DNA from: Bryobacterales bacterium | GTDB lineage: Bacteria; Acidobacteriota; Terriglobia; Bryobacterales; UBA6623 | Assembly: GCA_965205085.1 (NCBI GenBank) | Contig: OZ242039.1 | Location: forward strand, 4,191,845 to 4,255,844 | Length of the DNA: 64,000 nucleotides | Direction: 5' to 3' | Shown: one piece after another, positions 58,352 to 64,000 of the stretch | Layout of the letters: each line of letters starts with the position of its first letter | Numbering within the stretch: position 1 is the first letter of the stretch | Made by a program: the position numbers and the translations under genes | The notes under the pieces: model-generated | Databases searched by the model: none | What the model saw: the letters and a program-made list of their open reading frames with translations, nothing else | Told to the model about the DNA's origin: nothing

Positions 58352-58863
58352 TCCTCGTCCCATCAGCCCCCCACCAGCAGGCCCATCTCTAGTCGGAAGA
58401 GACGCAATCCGCAGGTGTGCGCCTGGACCGGGCATGGCGAACCTGACCTGGATGCCGTGGCGGTGCCGATCGAAACGGCGCAGCCCTCCGGCTCTGTGGG
58501 AATCGAGCTGGACGATGCTCGAACCATTCAATGCCTGGGCCGGCCACCCGGAAACTGCCGCGGCGGACGATCGACTGCAGCCGGACGGCCCGCCTTACTG
58601 AGGGAAACCGAATTTGAGCTGCTCCGCGGCCCGCACGGGGCCGGTTGGATGGGGCGAGTCGAAGGCAGCGATGTTGCCATCGTTCCTGTATGTCGACAAA
58701 CGCATCCCGATGGCATCCGCCCCTGGCGATTGGCGCCGATGCCCACTCGCTGCTCGAATCGGCCTGCGAGGGGATAATATGGGATCGGTCGCGAGCCGAG
58801 AGGAGCGCTTCCGTCGAGCCGCCGGCGCGAGACAGCCATTGGGGGAATGCAAGAATCGGAACT

Positions 58864-59877
58864 ATGCGAATCGGAGTGATCGGACTCGGCTTCATGGGGA
58901 GCGCACACCTTGAGGCCTATGCGCAGGTGAAGGGCTTCGAGTTGGCCGCCGTCGCCAGTTCGAGCGAAAAGAAGCGTGCCGGCGATCTGGGCGATGTCGG
59001 TGGGAATCTTGGCCGTGGTGCCGGAGTCGTCGACTTCGGGCCGGCTCAACGGTACGCCACGGCGGAGGAGCTCATAGCCGACCCCGGCGTACAGGCTGTC
59101 GACATCTGCACGCCGACCCACCTCCACAAGCCCCTTGCGCTCAGCGCGCTTGCGGCCGGCAAGCATGTTCTCGTCGAGAAGCCGATGGCCCTGAGCGCTG
59201 CGGATTGCGACGCTATGATCCAGGCCGCCCGGGAAGCCGGTCGGGTGTTGATGGTGGCTCAGGTCTTGCGGTTCTTTCCGGAATACGCGGCCGCCCGGGC
59301 CAGACTCCTGTCGGGGGCTCTGGGTCCCGTGCGAGCGGCATCGTTCCGTCGTCGCTGTGCCGCCCCCGCCTGGGGAGGGTGGCTCAAGGATCCCGAGCGG
59401 AGCGGGGGCGGCATTCTGGACCTGCTGATCCACGATCTTGATTTCTGCCAGCATGTCTTCGGCAACCCCGGCTCCATTCGGGCCGTCGGCTACGAGGACC
59501 TCGAAACGGGCATCGACTTCGTGGAGGCGCAGCTCGACTACGGGGACGGCGTTCCGGTCATCGTTTCGGGCGGTTGGCATCATCCCGTGAGCTTCCCGTT
59601 CTCGATGGAATTCACGATCCTCTGCGAGGGGGGGACTCTCGACTTCCGCTCGGACACGCCCGGATTGCGGCTGCATACCGCTTCGGGAGACGCCGTGGAC
59701 GTGGACTTGCCGCAGCAAGACGGCTTCGTGGGTGAGCTGCAGGCATTCGTCGACGCATGCAAGGCCGGCACCGCCCCATCCATCTGCCCCCCCGAGGACT
59801 CGGCTCAGTCCGTGCGGATGGCGCTCGCGATGAAGCGGTCCCGTCTCGCGGGTGGCGCGGCCGTGAGCATCGATTGA
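58864..59877 (+). CDS. Gfo/Idh/MocA family oxidoreductase
   Basis: ATG 58864. MRIGVIGLGFMGSAHLEAY Rossmann motif, then VEKPMAL and VAQVLRFFPEY family strings. Confidence 0.85.
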   Translation: MRIGVIGLGFMGSAHLEAYAQVKGFELAAVASSSEKKRAGDLGDVGGNLGRGAGVVDFGPAQRYATAEELIADPGVQAVDICTPTHLHKPLALSALAAGKHVLVEKPMALSAADCDAMIQAAREAGRVLMVAQVLRFFPEYAAARARLLSGALGPVRAASFRRRCAAPAWGGWLKDPERSGGGILDLLIHDLDFCQHVFGNPGSIRAVGYEDLETGIDFVEAQLDYGDGVPVIVSGGWHHPVSFPFSMEFTILCEGGTLDFRSDTPGLRLHTASGDAVDVDLPQQDGFVGELQAFVDACKAGTAPSICPPEDSAQSVRMALAMKRSRLAGGAAVSID

Positions 59878-59891
59878 GCCGGACGGGTGAC

Positions 59892-61517
59892 CTATCTTTC
59901 CCGCTCCCAGCGGGCCCGTTCCGTTGCGACCAGCAGGCCCACTGCGCCGCCACGGGCGTCGGTCCCGAGGATCGCCTCGCGATCGAAGTAGGCGCGTAGG
60001 GATGCTTGCCGGCCTGTGCTTCTGCAGACGTCGACGAGGGTTGCGTCGTTCTTGATTCGCATCTGGACCGCCCGCCACGCCCTGTCGGCCGTTGCCTCGA
60101 ACTCGTTGCGGTCGAGCCAACCTCGTCGCAGACCCCGGGTTAACGCAAATCCGATCATCGCCGTCGAGGTGAACTCGCGGTAGCTCTCGGGTCGGTCGAC
60201 AACCTGGTGCCACATACCGGTCGGATCCTGGTGCCGCTTGACCGCTCGCAGGTGGCTCCGGAACGCCTCCAGCACCTCGCTGTAGCCGGAATCGTCCGGT
60301 GGCCAGTCCGACAGGGACAGCGCCAGTCCCAGGGCGGGGAATCCGTTGCCCCGCCCCCAGGCCGCTTGGTCCAGGGGCGAATGCCTGTAGAGTCCGTCCC
60401 GACGGAGATCAAGCGACTGCATGAACCGCAGATGTCGCAGCGCCATGCGGTAGTACCGCCTGTCGCCGGTCAGGCTTCCGATCTGAGTCAGGATGGGGCA
60501 GCCCATGAAGACCGAGTCGCTCATCCCGTTGTGGAACGGCATGGATGCCTTCATCGAGCCGTCGGGCTGGAATCCGAGACCGGCAGCGGTCCGAGCCGCT
60601 TGCAAGTAGGCGGGCCTCTCGGTTCTCCTGAACAGTTCCCCGAACACCAGACGGCCGGCTAGCGAACTCCCGTTCGCGGGCCCGTCCGAGAGAGAATGCC
60701 CCTCGACATGCGGGCGAACAATGGCCGCCACGTCGGCGAGACGGCTGGTACCGTCCAGATCCCCAAGATGAAGGCGCCCGACGAGTGCGAGCGCAGGAAT
60801 GTAGGTCACTGCATCGAGGGCCTGACCGTAGGCCTGTTCCAGGACCGCTGCCGTCTGGACGGGAGTCCGCGCGAGGCGCGACCGCAATTCGCGGCGTGCC
60901 GGCGATGCGGTCAGGTCGCGGGCAAGGGTGTCCAGGTGGTCCAGGGCGTCGTCACGGAGATCATTCAGGTGTCGGCTCTCCCCGGAAAGCCGCAAGACAG
61001 CGGCAGGGATCCGCCCGACGCCAGCCGGAATCGCACCCCGCTTGAGCGCTGTTGCAAGATTGCTGGAACTCTGGTCGGTCCGCAGGTCCACCACGAGGTC
61101 GGGACCCAGCATGCCAATCATGCGCCACACGTACTGGGATTCCACGAACGGCCCCCGATAGGCTGGACCCGCCGGAGGAAAATCCTCGTTTGGCTCGCGG
61201 TCCGGGAACACATTCAACACGCACGACAACGAGTAGTCGGAGGAGCCGGCACCGCGCACCAGCGCTGCTGCCAGATCGGTCGACTCGGCACGACCATCCA
61301 GGCCCGCCACGATCAGGATGCTTGGGGTCGAACGGTTCGGGTCCAGCACCGCGTCGGTTACCAGAGCGTGGATCGGGCTGCCGGCGGCGGTGACCCCGAC
61401 AGGCATCTCGACCGGCTCCGCACCGGCCAGCAATCCCCAGGCCAACAGCACGCCTGCGGATCTGCGCCCCGCCCTTGCCGAGGCTCCTCGGCGACCCTGG
61501 TCCACAGCCGCGAGCAT
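59892..61517 (-). CDS. GH105/GH88-type unsaturated glycuronyl hydrolase domain with about 230-aa N-terminal extra domain
   Basis: The C-terminal about 300 aa carry MSDSVFMGCPIL, WGRGNGFPALGL, DPTGMWHQVVD and REFTSTAMIGFAL, typical of YteR/UGL-like (alpha/alpha)6 hydrolases. The N-terminal part (ILIVAGLDGRAESTD...) is a separate domain. Confidence 0.7.
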   Translation of the reverse strand: MLAAVDQGRRGASARAGRRSAGVLLAWGLLAGAEPVEMPVGVTAAGSPIHALVTDAVLDPNRSTPSILIVAGLDGRAESTDLAAALVRGAGSSDYSLSCVLNVFPDREPNEDFPPAGPAYRGPFVESQYVWRMIGMLGPDLVVDLRTDQSSSNLATALKRGAIPAGVGRIPAAVLRLSGESRHLNDLRDDALDHLDTLARDLTASPARRELRSRLARTPVQTAAVLEQAYGQALDAVTYIPALALVGRLHLGDLDGTSRLADVAAIVRPHVEGHSLSDGPANGSSLAGRLVFGELFRRTERPAYLQAARTAAGLGFQPDGSMKASMPFHNGMSDSVFMGCPILTQIGSLTGDRRYYRMALRHLRFMQSLDLRRDGLYRHSPLDQAAWGRGNGFPALGLALSLSDWPPDDSGYSEVLEAFRSHLRAVKRHQDPTGMWHQVVDRPESYREFTSTAMIGFALTRGLRRGWLDRNEFEATADRAWRAVQMRIKNDATLVDVCRSTGRQASLRAYFDREAILGTDARGGAVGLLVATERARWERER

Positions 61518-63176
61518 CTATCGGGGCTCGATAGGGACGGATTGTCCGTAGAGACGGACCCTGGGGTGCTCGACGAAGGCCCGGAACTCCCAGCTGCGGT
61601 CCGCGTCGACTCGCTTCAGGACCGTCGAGAATCTTCCCGGCCCCGACTTGGACTGCATCTTCCGACCGACCGGCTTCCAGCGGTCGTCGGGTTCATACAT
61701 CTCCGCCGTGCTCTTCCGCAGGCGGTACTCGAATCCCACCTGGACGGACTGGGCGTCCCCGAGGCCCCGCAGGTCCGCATCCAGGACGGCCCCGTCCGGA
61801 CCCCATGCCGCTCCTGACAGCGTTTCGACTACCGGCGGCTGCAACCCGGGCACGGCGTTCTCGATCTTCAGCACGACCGGATTGGGCCAACGCCGGTCAT
61901 TGTAGAGTCGCTGGGCCCGGTACGCCCGAATTCGCAATCCTCCGGAGGTTTGCTCCCATTCCGTGCGGGGAACGACATCTGCCTCGTACTCCAACACCTC
62001 GTCGTTCTGGCCCAATACCCGCACACGCGTATTCTCGCGGGCCTGCACAGACTGGAGCACCACGGTCTTCTGTGCGCCCAGCCTCCAGTCCACGCCAGGC
62101 ACGAACGCGTAGACGGTGTTCCGGTCTCTTGCTTTCGTAAACCAGATATCGCCCTCGTTCGTAATGACCCACGGCCGGACCGCACCGACAGCCTCGGCGT
62201 TGACCATGTTCCAGAGGGCCATCTCCCGCATTCTGGCCTCCTGCTCAATGGGGATATCCCCGTTGGGCTTCGGCCCGATGTTCAGAAGAAAGTTGCCTCC
62301 CTTGGCCCGCGTCTCGATCCAGGCCGTGATCAGCTCGGTTCCCGACTTGTAGTGCTCGTTGGTGCCGCGGTACTGCCACTGCGTGCCCATCGTCATGTTG
62401 CCTTCCCATGCGCCCTCAAGGGGTACACCGGGCGTGTACTGTTCAGGAGTCTCGATCTCGCCCCTGGTCACGACCGTGTCGGGCGAGAGCTCCCAAATGA
62501 GCTGCTTCATCTCAGCTACGATCTCGTCTTGGGCCAGCGCGGCGGTTGCCGGTGGGTCGAAGAACACCACGTCGATCGGGCAGTATTTCGTCATCAGCTC
62601 CCGCTGTTGGGCGAGATTGAGCTCCAGAAGGCCCGGATTGTTCGGGGGAAGCGCCGCTGCACGCAGTCGGCTGATCGGTGTTCCCTGGCGGTAGAGGAAG
62701 TAGAAGTCGTCGGGCGAGAAATACCACCCGACTGCAATCCCTTCGGTCCGGAACGCAGCCGCGATTTCCTTGGCAACGTCCCTGCCAAAAGGCGTGTTCC
62801 CGATGTGGAAGTCCGTTGTGGAGGTCTTGAACATGCAGAAACCGGAGTGATGTTTCGCCGTGAACACGACATAGCGGAAACCCGCCAGCCTGGCAAGGCG
62901 GGCCCACTCGCGCGGGTCGAACCGCGTCGGGTTGAAGCTGCGCGGCAACTCCTCGATGTAGCGTTGGAGATAGGCTTCGTCGGCCCCCACCATCGAGTGG
63001 CTGATGACGGCGCTGATCTGGCTGTCCAGGCTCCAGTGGATGAAGAGGCCAAGGCCGAGATCCCGGAACTGCTCGACTCGTTCGGGTTTGTTCGCAGCAG
63101 CCAGCGTTGCGACAACCACGAAGGCGAAGCAGACGGTTGTGAGACGTTTCATCGGAGTCGAGGTATTGTGGCACAC
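61518..63176 (-). CDS. alpha-L-fucosidase (GH29) with C-terminal beta-sandwich extension, exported
   Basis: Signal-like MKRLTTVCFAFVVVATLAAA. GLGLFIHWSLDS and ARLAGFRYVVFTAKHHSGFCMFKT are GH29 signatures. Confidence 0.85.
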   Translation of the reverse strand: MCHNTSTPMKRLTTVCFAFVVVATLAAANKPERVEQFRDLGLGLFIHWSLDSQISAVISHSMVGADEAYLQRYIEELPRSFNPTRFDPREWARLARLAGFRYVVFTAKHHSGFCMFKTSTTDFHIGNTPFGRDVAKEIAAAFRTEGIAVGWYFSPDDFYFLYRQGTPISRLRAAALPPNNPGLLELNLAQQRELMTKYCPIDVVFFDPPATAALAQDEIVAEMKQLIWELSPDTVVTRGEIETPEQYTPGVPLEGAWEGNMTMGTQWQYRGTNEHYKSGTELITAWIETRAKGGNFLLNIGPKPNGDIPIEQEARMREMALWNMVNAEAVGAVRPWVITNEGDIWFTKARDRNTVYAFVPGVDWRLGAQKTVVLQSVQARENTRVRVLGQNDEVLEYEADVVPRTEWEQTSGGLRIRAYRAQRLYNDRRWPNPVVLKIENAVPGLQPPVVETLSGAAWGPDGAVLDADLRGLGDAQSVQVGFEYRLRKSTAEMYEPDDRWKPVGRKMQSKSGPGRFSTVLKRVDADRSWEFRAFVEHPRVRLYGQSVPIEPR

Positions 63177-63210
63177 CCCGAATGCGGCTGCGGAGGCTCG
63201 CCGAAGCCAG

Positions 63211-64000
63211 TCAGTCGAGCAGCGCCATGACCAGTCCGCTCCGAACCTTGGGCGAGAACCACGTCGATTTGGGTGGCATCATCCGCCGTTGCCGGCAGAC
63301 GTTGACGAACTGCTCCATCGTAACGGGCGGGAGGGTGACTGCAAGATCGAACTCCCCTGCGTCGACCCGGTCTCGCAGATACCTCGCATCCCGGTTGCCG
63401 CCGACAAACACGAGGCGCTCGTCGCGCGGATCCTCGATCCCGGCAATCGGGCCGAAAATCTGTCGCTGCACGATACTCGCGTCAATCGACTGCGATGCGT
63501 CGGACCCGTCGAACGAGCCAGCCTTGGGCTTGAGCCGAAGCCAAGTCCCTCCAGCGTACAAGCCGATCTCGTGGGTGCCGCCCGGCTGGTAGTCGCGACC
63601 CGGCGGAGCCGGGCTCACCTCGAATGCTGCTTCCAGCGCTGTCTTCCATGACGCCAGCGGGCGGAAAACGTCCCGAACGAGGCGATTGTACGGAGCGAGG
63701 CCTAGCTGCGAAGCGGGAAAGACAGTCGCCAGAAAGCCTTCGAGTCCCAGCATGGCGGCAGCCGCACTGCGGTGGTTCCCGTCCGCCACGTAGGCGAACG
63801 GATCAGCCCGAAGCACTTCCACGAGTCCGCTCCGCTCGGGTGATCCTCCGAGCAGCCAAATCCGGTGGGTGAACCCGTCGCCGGGCGTGACGTGATAGTC
63901 GGGCGAGTTCTGGTCCGCGCAGGACTGCAATGCCTCCGCCAACGCGCCGGCGGTATCCTCGACCACCAGATTGACCATGCCGATGATCGCGTTCGTCGAT
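63211..64000 (-). CDS. DUF1015 domain protein, 5' end beyond the window
   Basis: FAYVADGNHRSAAA (cf. the ADGHHR motif of DUF1015) and the C-terminal region are conserved. The reading frame stays open from 63978 to the window edge. Confidence 0.7.
   Translation of the reverse strand, partial: STNAIIGMVNLVVEDTAGALAEALQSCADQNSPDYHVTPGDGFTHRIWLLGGSPERSGLVEVLRADPFAYVADGNHRSAAAAMLGLEGFLATVFPASQLGLAPYNRLVRDVFRPLASWKTALEAAFEVSPAPPGRDYQPGGTHEIGLYAGGTWLRLKPKAGSFDGSDASQSIDASIVQRQIFGPIAGIEDPRDERLVFVGGNRDARYLRDRVDAGEFDLAVTLPPVTMEQFVNVCRQRRMMPPKSTWFSPKVRSGLVMALLD

Noticed and set aside
1-64000. CRISPR arrays, rRNA genes, tmRNA / RNase P / SRP RNA
   Set aside because: No regularly spaced direct repeats were seen. 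None of the diagnostic conserved strings were seen (for example GAGGAAAGTCCGGGC for RNase P, or a tmRNA tRNA-like end). The only RNA gene supported is tRNA-Ser.

Overview
GC-rich bacterial chromosomal segment. The gene content looks Acidobacteriota-like, which is an inference from tandem VWFA-type proteins ending in GYY, a DUF1552/DUF1592 pair and many exported hydrolases. Most of the window is ordinary core or glycan-utilisation DNA: pta, pyrG, hppA, hemQ-like, tadA, metK, ahcY, rnhB, tex, one tRNA-Ser(GGA), a sulfatase, GH29 and GH105-like genes, and Gfo/Idh/MocA oxidoreductases.

Three accessory patches stand out.

1. About 41.4-50.6 kb, between tadA and metK. This is an island of somewhat lower GC. 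It holds a hairpin repeat, a Uma2-family endonuclease, a graveyard of IS remnants (DUF4338, IS30 and IS630 fragments) and a very large single-polypeptide Type ISP-like restriction-modification gene (Mrr-type nuclease, SF2 helicase, N6-MTase, C-terminal TRD-like region). That gene is broken only by a 14-nt C/G homopolymer, located exactly in the nuclease-helicase linker. One C fewer, or a +1 ribosomal slip, restores a 1672-aa ORF. This is the best candidate for something worth following up: phase-variable or frameshift-controlled restriction.

2. About 16.8-25.6 kb. Complementary 5' and 3' portions of an IS30-family element lie in inverted orientation around an 8-kb block that includes tRNA-Ser. 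This is compatible with an IS-mediated inversion.

3. About 0.6-2.0 kb. A clearly low-GC gene encodes a secreted trypsin-like protease with a coiled-coil tail, next to a decayed TonB-dependent-receptor gene.

No rRNA genes and no CRISPR arrays were seen. Many long ORFs in the supplied track are antisense shadow ORFs of this GC-rich DNA and were rejected. All calls rest on motif recognition by eye; no database search was possible.
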